A DNA stretch of 64,000 nt from an uncultured virus (IMG/VR IMGVR_UViG_3300020214_000011) (IMGVR_UViG_3300020214_000011); one strand, 5' to 3'. Counted from the first letter of the stretch, positions 53,396 to 61,719 are shown. Notes: generated by a model not told the origin, from the sequence alone. Numbers and translations are program-made.

Positions 53396-53598
53396 GAGAC
53401 GCGGACAAGACAGACCTCGACGAGAGGTTCGAGGCCATGGAGAAGCGCATTTCGGAGCTGGAGGCGCTCGTGGCGTCGCTCTCCCGACCGAAGGAGAAGA
53501 GCGACAAACCGCTGCCGGAGATGCCGAAGTTCGACTGGCGGAACAACCTGGGCATCGCCACCGTCTACGACATCTACAGCGGCAAGGCCAACCTCTAG
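53392..53598 (+). CDS. Small coiled-coil hypothetical protein (68 aa)
   Basis: GTGA overlap with the nuclease stop; LDERFEAMEKRISELEALV. Confidence 0.55.
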   Translation: MRDADKTDLDERFEAMEKRISELEALVASLSRPKEKSDKPLPEMPKFDWRNNLGIATVYDIYSGKANL

Positions 53599-54203
53599 GC
53601 GATCTCCCTCAGGGGGAGGAGGAAGCTTCCCGCCTCCCACATCAACCCGATCGAGGCGTACCCCATCACGTCCACGACATTGTCCGTGATCGACTCGTTC
53701 TTGGGGTCGTCGGTCGCACCCCTCGCCACGAGGTTCTCGAGGCGCGCAACCTTGTCCTGGATCCTCACGATCAGCCCGACCCTGCCGAACCTCCTGATGT
53801 TTTCGTGGCCGTAGTCCATCTGCTTCCTGACCAGAACCCCGTGAACGTGGTCGGCGATGTTGGTGCTCGACATCATGGACGCCGGGCACACCTGCGAACC
53901 GAACATCCTCGCGTAGAAACCCACCTGTCTCCACGCCTCGGTCACCGCGACGACGGGCGCTGAGTTGCGCGACACGATGCCGTTCTCGTTGAACTGCAGG
54001 TCTATGAGGGAGTTCACGGAGCTCCTGAGCATCTTGAGCGTTCCGTCCACCCCGTAATCCTTCGTGTTGATCATCGGTCGGTAGTGATTGAGATTGAACG
54101 GCCTGCACACGTACTGCCCGCTCGCGTTGGGAAGGAACAGCAGGAGCGCGTTCATCGCGGCATCGTCCCATGTTGAAGCCGTCACCGGATCAAACCTATT
54201 CAA
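53595..54203 (-). CDS. Nucleotide-modification-associated domain 1 (Nmad1/DUF1599-like) protein
   Basis: RKQMDYG.......G..GLIVRIQDKVARLENL......NESITDNVVDVMGYA. Confidence 0.7.
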   Translation of the reverse strand: MNRFDPVTASTWDDAAMNALLLFLPNASGQYVCRPFNLNHYRPMINTKDYGVDGTLKMLRSSVNSLIDLQFNENGIVSRNSAPVVAVTEAWRQVGFYARMFGSQVCPASMMSSTNIADHVHGVLVRKQMDYGHENIRRFGRVGLIVRIQDKVARLENLVARGATDDPKNESITDNVVDVMGYASIGLMWEAGSFLLPLREIA

Positions 54204-55731
54204 GGACGGCCCCGTACTTCCTCGCGATCCACTCCGCGACGGGGGCGGCGACGCCGTTGCCGCACTGCTTGTACCTGTGCGTGTCGCTGACTTCCTCGCC
54301 TTCGTCAGTCCACCTCGTGTGGTCCCTCGGCCATCCCATCAGCGCCTCGCACTCCGATGGCATGAGCCTCCTCACGACCATGTTCTGCACTACGCCGCTG
54401 GATTGCTTCGTCCCGGCGCGCAACGAGTGGTGGATCCCGCCGTCCACGAGCCTGTTGTTGTACTCGTCGTACGCGACGGCGCCGTCGGGCTCGATGACGA
54501 GATTCTCGCCGCGCGACGACGGCACGCCGCCGTCACCGCCGGACCTGAGGGTCATGGCGAGACCGTCGTTGACGTCCGTGTGGGCCACGGCGTGGCCGGC
54601 GCCCCCGGTCCTGAGCGTCGGGAAGGCGATCTCGGACGGCTGGGCGTCGAGGCACTGGGTGTGGGAGAAACCGATTGCCTGTGCGACCATCGGGGTGTTC
54701 AGGCCACCCGTGCCCATGAACGCCGTGAGCGTGTTCACCGTGTCCCCCTGCATCCTCACGCCGTCCTGCCGGTGCGCGTGGAAGACCATCGTCTCCGGGT
54801 ACTCGTAGGCGACCAGGGTCTCGCTGCCACCGCCGATGTCCCCGCCGGCTGCGCGGAGGGTGCCGATCCCGTCTACATACTTGGAGAAGCTCGACTGCGT
54901 GAACACTTGGGCGCCCGACACGACGAGATCGGTGGCGTCCTTGTGGTCGCGCGCCTTGATGGCGGAGGCTGTCTCGTCGGAGGCGTAGTCGCCGAAACCG
55001 CGCATCCTGAACCCCTCCTGGTCATGCTCGGTTTCTAGTCCGAAGTCGAGTTGCCCTTGTCCCGGTCCTGGTTCTTGTCCACGACCGCCTGCAGCGCCGC
55101 CTTCAGCCGGGGAGGAAGCGTCTTGTTTCTCCTTATCGCCCTTCTTAGAATGCCTGCGCAAGCCCTCGCCGACAGGTAATATCGGGAAGGTACTTCGCTC
55201 TGCGGCGCCAGAATCGAAGAGAGAACACACGAAGATGCGCCTTCGTCGCTGGGGGATTCCGAAGTGCTGCGCATCCAGCACTGCCCACTCGACAGCCACA
55301 GCCCCTGCGTCAGCCATTTCGTCGAGGACGACCCCGAAGTCAGCGCCTTTGTTGGAGTTGAGGGCTCCTGGGACGTTCTCCCATATTGCCAGTCTTGGAA
55401 AAGTTCCGTTTGTTGCATCGCGCATCTCCCTGATAATCCGCATTGCCTCGTGAAACAAACCGGACCGAGAACCAGTGAGACCAGCCCTCTTCCCGGCGAC
55501 GGAAAGATCCTGGCATGGAGAGCCGAAGTTTATTGCGTCGACTGGCTCCAGCAACCTCCCGTTGACGTCCTTTACGTCGTAGTGCTTCGGAACGTCCGGC
55601 CAGTGCCTGCGGAGGATCCGCTGGCACTGCTCGTCCCATTCCGCCTGCCATCGGCAACGCCAGCCGGCGGCCTCGAATCCGAGATCGAAGCCACCGACGC
55701 CGGCGAAAAGACTGCCGAAAGTCAGGGTCAG
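54196..55731 (-). CDS. DNA (cytosine-5) methyltransferase; start inferred at a CTG
   Basis: Motif I SLFAGVGG (upstream of the ORF-track start), IV GSPCQD, VI ENV, VIII QRRRR, X RYKQCGNGV. Confidence 0.88.
   Translation of the reverse strand: MTLTFGSLFAGVGGFDLGFEAAGWRCRWQAEWDEQCQRILRRHWPDVPKHYDVKDVNGRLLEPVDAINFGSPCQDLSVAGKRAGLTGSRSGLFHEAMRIIREMRDATNGTFPRLAIWENVPGALNSNKGADFGVVLDEMADAGAVAVEWAVLDAQHFGIPQRRRRIFVCSLFDSGAAERSTFPILPVGEGLRRHSKKGDKEKQDASSPAEGGAAGGRGQEPGPGQGQLDFGLETEHDQEGFRMRGFGDYASDETASAIKARDHKDATDLVVSGAQVFTQSSFSKYVDGIGTLRAAGGDIGGGSETLVAYEYPETMVFHAHRQDGVRMQGDTVNTLTAFMGTGGLNTPMVAQAIGFSHTQCLDAQPSEIAFPTLRTGGAGHAVAHTDVNDGLAMTLRSGGDGGVPSSRGENLVIEPDGAVAYDEYNNRLVDGGIHHSLRAGTKQSSGVVQNMVVRRLMPSECEALMGWPRDHTRWTDEGEEVSDTHRYKQCGNGVAAPVAEWIARKYGAVLE
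55035..55418 (-). CDS. Alternative-frame ORF nested in the methyltransferase gene (M.EcoHK31I beta-like polypeptide, 127 aa)
   Basis: LSSIL...VPSRYYLSARACAGILRRA.RR.K.LP.RL..AL; GGGAG upstream of the ATG. Confidence 0.65.
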   Translation of the reverse strand: MQQTELFQDWQYGRTSQEPSTPTKALTSGSSSTKWLTQGLWLSSGQCWMRSTSESPSDEGASSCVLSSILAPQSEVPSRYYLSARACAGILRRAIRRNKTLPPRLKAALQAVVDKNQDRDKGNSTSD

Positions 55732-56216
55732 AAGGGTTCTTCTCCGTCGAACGCAGGCTGGTTCGAGCCACCGACCCTCGCAGGTTGCTTGGACTGCGAC
55801 GAGGTGGTGCCACGGACATTGCCGCGACCCTGCTCCTTGCCGTTGCCTTCGCCCTGTTGGCGCTGCTTGCGGTCAAACTTCTCGATGGAGCGGACCGAGA
55901 TCCCGATCTCGTCGGCGAGCACGTGGATGGCCGAGCGCTTCTTGCCCGTCTCCTTGTCGTCCCAGCTCTCCTGCTCGAGGCGGCCGGTCACGGTGACCCG
56001 GACTCCCTTGGCGAGGATTCCGGCGCCGTCCTCGGCGAGGTTCCTCCAGGCGACGACGTTGAAGAAAGAGGTCTTCTCCTGCTTCTCGCCCTTGGCGTCG
56101 GTCCAGTAGTTGTTTACCGCGACCGAGAACTGCAGCTTGGCAGTCCCCGAATCGAAGTACCTCACCTCGGGGTCGGCCGTGAGGTTTCCGGTGATTGTTA
56201 CAGGCGCTAGTGACAT
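55728..56216 (-). CDS. ssb: Single-stranded DNA-binding protein
   Basis: GAGGAGG RBS; VTITGNLTADPE...FFNVVAWRNLAE...KG.RV.VTGRL; acidic tail ending DGEEPF. Confidence 0.95.
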   Translation of the reverse strand: MSLAPVTITGNLTADPEVRYFDSGTAKLQFSVAVNNYWTDAKGEKQEKTSFFNVVAWRNLAEDGAGILAKGVRVTVTGRLEQESWDDKETGKKRSAIHVLADEIGISVRSIEKFDRKQRQQGEGNGKEQGRGNVRGTTSSQSKQPARVGGSNQPAFDGEEPF

Positions 56217-56255
56217 GTCAGTATCCTCCTCGTGTCGGTTGAATTCGCCACTCGC

Positions 56256-56284
56256 AGCATACCACCTCCGGCGGTTTGCGTCAA
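56256..56284 (-). promoter_or_regulatory. Sigma70/SigA-type promoter for ssb
   Basis: TTGACG-17 nt-TATGCT on the minus strand. Confidence 0.65.
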
Positions 56285-56304
56285 GGACAATCCCGTGATA
56301 GTCT
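56276..56304 (+). promoter_or_regulatory. Divergent SigA-type promoter, probably giving a leaderless transcript
   Basis: TTGCGT-17 nt-TAGTCT, with ATG 56312 seven nt downstream. Confidence 0.5.
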
Positions 56305-56311
56305 GATGGGT

Positions 56312-56590
56312 ATGAACGCTGGCCCAATGACGCCCGAAAAGGCGCGACTGTACGTGATCGACCAACTCCAGGACGCCATCTTCGAGATGTCGTTTGACCC
56401 CGAGGCGGCCGAGTCCGAGCAGCAGGAGTTCTTCGATCGTTGCGGAGACGTGGCTCGAGGCATCATTGAGCTCACCCAGGCCGAAGTCACGGCTGTGGAC
56501 GAGGACGGCAACGCCCACCTGAAGTTCTTGCTCGCGCACCTGACCGACGGGAAGATACCGCCCAGGGACGGCAAAAAGGTAGCCTCCTGA
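56312..56590 (+). CDS. Hypothetical acidic protein (92 aa)
   Basis: Open frame with typical codon usage; start chosen from promoter position. Confidence 0.55.
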   Translation: MNAGPMTPEKARLYVIDQLQDAIFEMSFDPEAAESEQQEFFDRCGDVARGIIELTQAEVTAVDEDGNAHLKFLLAHLTDGKIPPRDGKKVAS

Positions 56591-56601
56591 TTTCCCCCGC
56601 A

Positions 56602-56838
56602 GTGAAGGACGAGAACAGCCTTGATCCGGCTTTCGTCAAATCGGAATTGGACGAAGCGGAAAAGAAGATCAACAACATCGTCTGCGAACATCACTGGTTC
56701 GCGTCGGAGTTCGCTTTGTATTCGCCACTACACCCCAACGGCGGAGAAGAGGACGAGTTTCTTCACGCCCTCGGAATGGCTCACGATTGGCTGAGACAGG
56801 CGATGGTTTACTACGACGAAATGCACGAAGACGAATAG
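56602..56838 (+). CDS. Hypothetical acidic protein (78 aa)
   Basis: Fills the gap before the tmRNA; no clear RBS. Confidence 0.45.
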   Translation: MKDENSLDPAFVKSELDEAEKKINNIVCEHHWFASEFALYSPLHPNGGEEDEFLHALGMAHDWLRQAMVYYDEMHEDE

Positions 56839-57218
56839 TGGAGCTGGGGGGAATCGAACCCCCGTCCGAGCGGATACCGAAGAGATTGCTACGACCGTTC
56901 CCGTTTCGGCGCTGACGCTGCGTCGCCGACGGGTCGGCCGCCTAGTCGCCTAGGCCGCGTCCCGTCTTTCCGGGATGTCGTCGGGCTTTCGTTCCCCGAG
57001 GTCAACGGTCTTTCCCGTCGTCGTCCCCGCTTCTGTTGCCGGGCTGCGGTGGATCGGCCCCGTGTGACCTTGCGGCTCACGAGTGCTCTCCTACCGCTTG
57101 ATTAGGCGGCGAGAGCGAACTGCTTGTTGGCAGTTGTTTGGTTGCCCTGTTTTGCGAGTCTGAGCAACTCGGGTCGCACCCTCCACGGACAGACCGATCG
57201 TCGAAACCTGTCAGCCCC
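56839..57218 (-). ncRNA. ssrA: tmRNA (transfer-messenger RNA), encoded tag ANKQFALAA*
   Basis: 5' GGGGCTGACAGGTTTCGAC; 3' GGGGGTTCGATTCCCCCCAGCTCCA. Tag frame 57131-57102 reads GCC AAC AAG CAG TTC GCT CTC GCC GCC TAA. Confidence 0.95.
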
Positions 57219-57234
57219 TTGAGATTGCGTCTTC

Positions 57235-57240
57235 ATTATA
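57235..57240 (-). promoter_or_regulatory. -10 box upstream of the tmRNA
   Basis: TATAAT 16 nt upstream of the mature 5' end. Confidence 0.45.
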
Positions 57241-57275
57241 GCGCATTGTCTATATTGAGTTTCCCCGCGGTGGGA

Positions 57276-59219
57276 TCACTTGTCGCCCAGTCCCCTCTCC
57301 AGCAGCGACATCACCAGCTGCTCGACGCCCTCCCTCTCCAGTTCGTCCGTGGTTCCGTCCACGGCGGCGTTGACGATCTCGCGCTTCGACTCGATCAGCC
57401 TGTAGATCCTCTCGTCCACGGTTCCGTCGGCGATCGAGTAGGTGACCATCACGGACCCCTTCTGGCCGAGCCTGTGGCATCGGGAGTAGAGCTGGTCGAC
57501 GTCGGCGGGCGTCCACGGAAGCTCCACGAAAAGGACCTTCTGCGCGGCGGTGAGCGTGTGGCCCGTCTTCGCAGCCTGGATGGACAGCACGATGGCCGGG
57601 GCCTCCTCGACTGGGAGCGTCTGGAACTTCCTCTTCGCCTCCTCCACCTCCTCCACCTTCATGCCGCCCTGGATCTTGAGACCGCCGAACTCGGCGGCCA
57701 GCTCGTCAACGACGTCCCTGTGGTGGGCGGCGATGACGACCTTCTGGCCGGCCTCGATGTTCGCCTGCACCCACTCCTTGATGGATTCCATCTTCGCCTT
57801 GGCGGCGAGCCTGCGGAGCACGGAGACCTTCACGAGGTGCAGGTGCGACTCCGTCCTCATCTTGGCCGCGACGGCGGCGGACCTCGGGGACTTGCCGAGC
57901 TCCCTGGCGATCTCCTTGGCCCTCTCGACGAGGTACTCGACGATGTCGTCCTCGGCCTTGGCGTACTCCTTGGCGTGCTTCTCGCTCATGCCCACGTGGT
58001 ACATGTCGTGAACCACGTCGGGGAGCTCCGCGAGCACCTGGTCCTTGGTCCTCCTGATGTAGCACGACGACCGGAGCCTGTCGTTGAGCTCCTCGAGGTT
58101 GGACGCGCCGCTGAGGATCCAGTGGCCGAACTTGTCCTTGAACGCGTCGCAGTAGCGGCGGTAGAAACCCCACTCTCCGCCGAGCTCGTCCAGTCGCCCG
58201 ATTATGCCGAGCTGGCTGGCGTACTCCATGGGCCTGTTGGTCACCGGGGTCCCCGTCAGGCACAGGACAATACCCGTGCCTATTCGCTTGGCTATCTTCG
58301 TCGCCGCCCTGGTTCGCTGCGCCTCCTTCGTCTTCAGGTAGTGGGACTCGTCGCAGATGAGGCTCTGGTAATCGATCAGGGCCCTCACCCAGTGGTGGAT
58401 GTTTGAGTACCCGAGGACGAGAACGTCGTGCTTCTCCTCCGGGAAGTTCTTCCTGTCGGTGACCACGGAGACGCTGCGATGCGGAGCCCACCTCGCGTAC
58501 TCGGCCTTCCAGTTCAGGACGAGGTTCGGGGGGCAAACGACCACGACCGGGAACACCGAGCACCCGTTCTGCTCGGCGTATTCCAGCGTCGCTATCGCCT
58601 GGAGCGTCTTGCCGAGCCCCATGTCGTCCGCGATGAAGCACCGGCGGGCGTTGAACGCGTAGCTGACGCCCGCCAACTGGTAGGGGAGCAGCTTGCCCTT
58701 GATGCCGTCTATCTTGATGTCGGCCGACTCGGCCCTTGACGCCTCGTTCATCGTCTTGCTCTCAAGTTTCCGGGACTCTGCGTACGCGCGCAGGTAGACG
58801 GGCACGCCCATCTTGAACGACTCGGCGAACCCTATGACCTCCATGGCCGAGCTCATCGGGACCTTCCATGCCTTCGTATCCGAGTTCCACGTGACGCCAG
58901 GGATCTTCTTGACCTGCCGCACCTTCACCTCGTCCCAACCGAAGTCGATGTACGCCCAGTTGTCGGTGCATGTTATTCCGCCCGGGTCGTGGAGCCGGCT
59001 CGGTGCGTCGAACCTCATGACCGCTGGGTCAATCCTGAACCCCCTCGCGGAGGCGAAGTCCCTCGCCTCCCGGATGCTCGTGGCGGGGAAACGCCAGACC
59101 TTGCCGACCTTGTCCCAGCGCGCCCCCCGGATGCACTTGACCGCCTGCACGTCGGACGCGTCGTAGGGGAAGTCCATCACGAGCTCGCCGTCCCCGAGCC
59201 ACAGGTACTTCTGGCTCAC
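57276..59219 (-). CDS. SNF2-family helicase with two N-terminal HARP-like domains
   Basis: GTGA overlap with whiB. ADDMGLGKT, DESH, LTGTP, QLYSRCHRLGQ; two F.YD/WD...VK.I.G..W....K.W..P repeats. Confidence 0.88.
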   Translation of the reverse strand: MSQKYLWLGDGELVMDFPYDASDVQAVKCIRGARWDKVGKVWRFPATSIREARDFASARGFRIDPAVMRFDAPSRLHDPGGITCTDNWAYIDFGWDEVKVRQVKKIPGVTWNSDTKAWKVPMSSAMEVIGFAESFKMGVPVYLRAYAESRKLESKTMNEASRAESADIKIDGIKGKLLPYQLAGVSYAFNARRCFIADDMGLGKTLQAIATLEYAEQNGCSVFPVVVVCPPNLVLNWKAEYARWAPHRSVSVVTDRKNFPEEKHDVLVLGYSNIHHWVRALIDYQSLICDESHYLKTKEAQRTRAATKIAKRIGTGIVLCLTGTPVTNRPMEYASQLGIIGRLDELGGEWGFYRRYCDAFKDKFGHWILSGASNLEELNDRLRSSCYIRRTKDQVLAELPDVVHDMYHVGMSEKHAKEYAKAEDDIVEYLVERAKEIARELGKSPRSAAVAAKMRTESHLHLVKVSVLRRLAAKAKMESIKEWVQANIEAGQKVVIAAHHRDVVDELAAEFGGLKIQGGMKVEEVEEAKRKFQTLPVEEAPAIVLSIQAAKTGHTLTAAQKVLFVELPWTPADVDQLYSRCHRLGQKGSVMVTYSIADGTVDERIYRLIESKREIVNAAVDGTTDELEREGVEQLVMSLLERGLGDK

Positions 59220-59464
59220 GCCGCCGACCTCTTGGCCTTCTTCTTGATTCGCTTGCGCTCGCTCTCGGTCTTGCCTCCCCATATGCCGTGCTCTATGTCG
59301 TTGTCGAGGGCGTACTGGAGGCACTTCTTGCGGACGAAGCAGATCGAGCACGCCTGCAGGGCCTTCTTCGGTTTCTTCCTGCCGATCGGGAAGAAGTCGT
59401 CCGTCTGCGGGATCGTCGCACACCTTGCTTTGCGTCGCCAGGACTCGCCTGATATGTGGATCAT
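59216..59464 (-). CDS. whiB: WhiB-family Fe-S transcription regulator
   Basis: AAGGAG RBS; W...A.C...FFP...C..C.VR..CL.YAL.....GIWGG.TE.ER. Confidence 0.93.
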   Translation of the reverse strand: MIHISGESWRRKARCATIPQTDDFFPIGRKKPKKALQACSICFVRKKCLQYALDNDIEHGIWGGKTESERKRIKKKAKRSAA

Positions 59465-59493
59465 GTAGGTACTCCTTGTAAGTAGCAAGGTGC

Positions 59494-59522
59494 AGACTAC
59501 GGCGCGTCTGGACGAATTGCAA
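59494..59522 (-). promoter_or_regulatory. SigA-type promoter for whiB-helicase
   Basis: TTGCAA-17 nt-TAGTCT. Confidence 0.6.
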
Positions 59523-59537
59523 CCTCCGGGGTAAAAT
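59509..59537 (+). promoter_or_regulatory. Divergent promoter for a leaderless thioredoxin mRNA
   Basis: TGGACG-17 nt-TAAAAT, ATG six nt downstream, no RBS. Confidence 0.55.
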
Positions 59538-59543
59538 TTCATC

Positions 59544-59861
59544 ATGAGGAAGATAGACGAGGCGGAGTTCAACGAGCTGGTGGCCCAGGGCGGGCCGATG
59601 GTCGTGGACATGTGGGCCGAGTGGTGCGGGCCGTGCAGGGTCATGGGACCGATGCTTGACAACATTTCCCGAGCCTACGAGGGGTCGGTCGCCTTCTACA
59701 AGTGCAACGTCGACGAGAACCCCCAGCTGGCGAGGCGCTTCAATGTGATGAGCATCCCGACGCTGCTCATGTTCCGCGACGGCAGGAAGGTCTCGTCGAT
59801 CGTCGGAGCCACCGGCCCGGACAGGGTCGTGTCGGCGGTTGACGAAGCATTCGGGGACTGA
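59544..59861 (+). CDS. trxA: Thioredoxin
   Basis: VVDMWAEWCGPC...NVDENP.LA..F.VMSIPTL. Confidence 0.95.
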   Translation: MRKIDEAEFNELVAQGGPMVVDMWAEWCGPCRVMGPMLDNISRAYEGSVAFYKCNVDENPQLARRFNVMSIPTLLMFRDGRKVSSIVGATGPDRVVSAVDEAFGD

Positions 59862-59862
59862 C

Positions 59863-59939
59863 TGGCGTCCTCGGCAGGAGTCGAACCTGCGACCTGCGGC
59901 TTAGGAAGCCGTCGCTCTATCCAGCTGAGCTACGAGGAC
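59863..59939 (-). tRNA. tRNA-Arg (anticodon CCT)
   Basis: GTCCTCGTAGCTCAGCTGGATAGAGCGACGGCTTCCTAAGCCGCAGGTCGCAGGTTCGACTCCTGCCGAGGACGCCA; 77 nt with encoded CCA. Confidence 0.95.
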
Positions 59940-59960
59940 AGAACTACGTCGACGTAGTAT

Positions 59961-60013
59961 GAAGTCGGCCCCCGGGGTCGGAAAAGGGAGGGAGATCCCA
60001 GGGGCCGAACTTC
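59961..60013. terminator. Stem-loop between the XRE gene and the tRNA
   Basis: GAAGTCGGCCCC...GGGGCCGAACTTC imperfect inverted repeat. Confidence 0.4.
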
Positions 60014-60020
60014 AACTCGG

Positions 60021-60245
60021 TTAGATTCCCCTGAGGAACGCCGAGAGCTTGGTGCCCAGCGCCGAGCAGAGACGGGTGAGCGTCTCGAGGCTGGGCGAGA
60101 AGTGTCCGCACTCAATTCGGTTGATCGTCTTGCGCTCGACGCCGGCGGCGTCGGCGAGGGCGTTCTGCGACATGGCCGCCTTCTGTCGGGCCGAGCGGAG
60201 TCGCTTGGCGACCTCTTTCTCGACGATGCTGATGGTTTTCTTCAT
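60021..60245 (-). CDS. XRE-family HTH regulator (74 aa)
   Basis: AGGAGG RBS; LRSARQKAAMSQNALADAAGVERKTINRIECG...PSLETL. Confidence 0.9.
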   Translation of the reverse strand: MKKTISIVEKEVAKRLRSARQKAAMSQNALADAAGVERKTINRIECGHFSPSLETLTRLCSALGTKLSAFLRGI

Positions 60246-60265
60246 GTTGGTCCTCCTGACCTTGG

Positions 60266-60565
60266 TTATATTGCTCCTTCGTTCACCACGGAGATGTCTC
60301 CCCCGCGGTGAGCGTACTGGTACATCGCAGCGCCTATGGTGTGGCAGTAGTCGCCTCGCGTGAATGTGATTCCGTCGCCGCGGTAGGTCGCGGACTTCTC
60401 GCCCGACTCGCCCCACTTGGCGGGCGCGGCGTCCCACACGACGTACGGCATGAAGTCGTTCCACCTGATGCACAGGACGAGCCACCCGTCCTCCCTCGCC
60501 GTGAAGGCCACGATCGTTGCCCGTTGCTTCTCGAGCGGCATGCCGACCCTCATGATCTGACTCAT
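60266..60565 (-). CDS. Hypothetical protein (99 aa)
   Basis: ATGA coupling; AGGAGGAG RBS. Confidence 0.6.
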   Translation of the reverse strand: MSQIMRVGMPLEKQRATIVAFTAREDGWLVLCIRWNDFMPYVVWDAAPAKWGESGEKSATYRGDGITFTRGDYCHTIGAAMYQYAHRGGDISVVNEGAI

Positions 60566-60810
60566 CGCTCCTCCTGGACGGTCGCCTCGGCGAGGTAGCC
60601 ACAACCGTTGCCCTCGGGGTCGGCCATCGGCACGAAGGCCGTTCCGTCCTCGAACTCCACGACGACGGCGAACGCCTGGTGGTCGTAGGTCCACCCCATC
60701 TCGTGGCACTCAAGGCGCGTCAGGGGTCGGACCCGGGCGATTTTCTTGCCCGCCATCCACCCGTAGGCCTTGGAGACGAGCTCGTTTCGGGCGTCGATCT
60801 TCGTCGTCAT
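60562..60810 (-). CDS. Hypothetical phage protein (82 aa, DPEGNG motif)
   Basis: ATGA coupling; GGGGAG RBS. Confidence 0.65.
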   Translation of the reverse strand: MTTKIDARNELVSKAYGWMAGKKIARVRPLTRLECHEMGWTYDHQAFAVVVEFEDGTAFVPMADPEGNGCGYLAEATVQEER

Positions 60811-61208
60811 AGGGTCTCCCCATCTGCGACGAGGTAGGTCTTGTAGAACGAACCCGAGCCCTTGGCGGTGACCACCCATCCGAGGATCCGCGTCTTGTCG
60901 CCGTGGGTGTACAACTTCAACGAGTTGCGCAGGTAAATGCGACCCTTCCTGGTGATGTTGGTGTCGGTGAGCTCCTCGTACACGGTCCAGACGGCCCCGC
61001 GCTCGTTGAGCACGAAACGCATCCTGGCGTCCACGCCCTCCATGTGACGGAACCGGTCGAGGGTCGCCTCGGTCGGATTGCCGTCGTCGCCGCGCTCGAA
61101 CTCGTTCAGCTGACCAATCGGGCCCCACTCGGCGCGCAGGTCGGCGAGCGTCCCCACGCCGTCGGCGTGCTGGCTCATGAACTCGGCGGTCTCGGTCCTA
61201 ACGGTCAT
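60807..61208 (-). CDS. Hypothetical protein (133 aa)
   Basis: Tiles within the coupled minus-strand operon. Confidence 0.6.
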   Translation of the reverse strand: MTVRTETAEFMSQHADGVGTLADLRAEWGPIGQLNEFERGDDGNPTEATLDRFRHMEGVDARMRFVLNERGAVWTVYEELTDTNITRKGRIYLRNSLKLYTHGDKTRILGWVVTAKGSGSFYKTYLVADGETL

Positions 61209-61211
61209 CGC

Positions 61212-61268
61212 TCAGGTCCAGAGCCAGGTCATGAAACCGCAGAACGCGAAGAAGGAGAGCTCCCACAT
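61212..61268 (-). CDS. Possible 18-aa hydrophobic mini-protein MWELSFFAFCGFMTWLWT
   Basis: TGATG coupling upstream; stop lies 3 nt before the next ATG. Confidence 0.4.
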   Translation of the reverse strand: MWELSFFAFCGFMTWLWT

Positions 61269-61681
61269 CAGGCGTCAACCTTGGTCTCGAGCTGGGTCAC
61301 CATCACGGACACGACGGTTGTGGCCTCGCTGGCCTGGTCCACCGTCGCCTGGTCGATCACGTTCATCAGGAGGGCGCTTGCGACCAACTTCTGGTCGACC
61401 TCCTCCACGACGAGCTTCTTGAGCACCGCCGGCTTGACGAGCTTGCGGAGCTTGTCCAGGATGATCTTGGTGCGGACCGTGCGGCGCACGAACACCTTGG
61501 ACGAGAGGCCGGCGTCGTCGGTGATGACCGAGAACTCCACGCCCTCCTTGGCGCACGCCTCGATGAAGTTCTGCTCGGCGAGCTTCTTGGCCTTGACCGC
61601 CTCGTCGTAGCACGACTTCGCTTCGGCGAACGCGCGGGCCGCCTGCATCGCGCTGGCTGGCTTCTTCTGCTTGTCTTTCAT
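61268..61681 (-). CDS. Hypothetical helical phage protein (137 aa)
   Basis: AAGGAG RBS; first gene after a promoter. Confidence 0.7.
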   Translation of the reverse strand: MKDKQKKPASAMQAARAFAEAKSCYDEAVKAKKLAEQNFIEACAKEGVEFSVITDDAGLSSKVFVRRTVRTKIILDKLRKLVKPAVLKKLVVEEVDQKLVASALLMNVIDQATVDQASEATTVVSVMVTQLETKVDA

Positions 61682-61719
61682 GTCTTCTCCTTGGTAGGTA
61701 GTTGGATAACTTATGGGAC

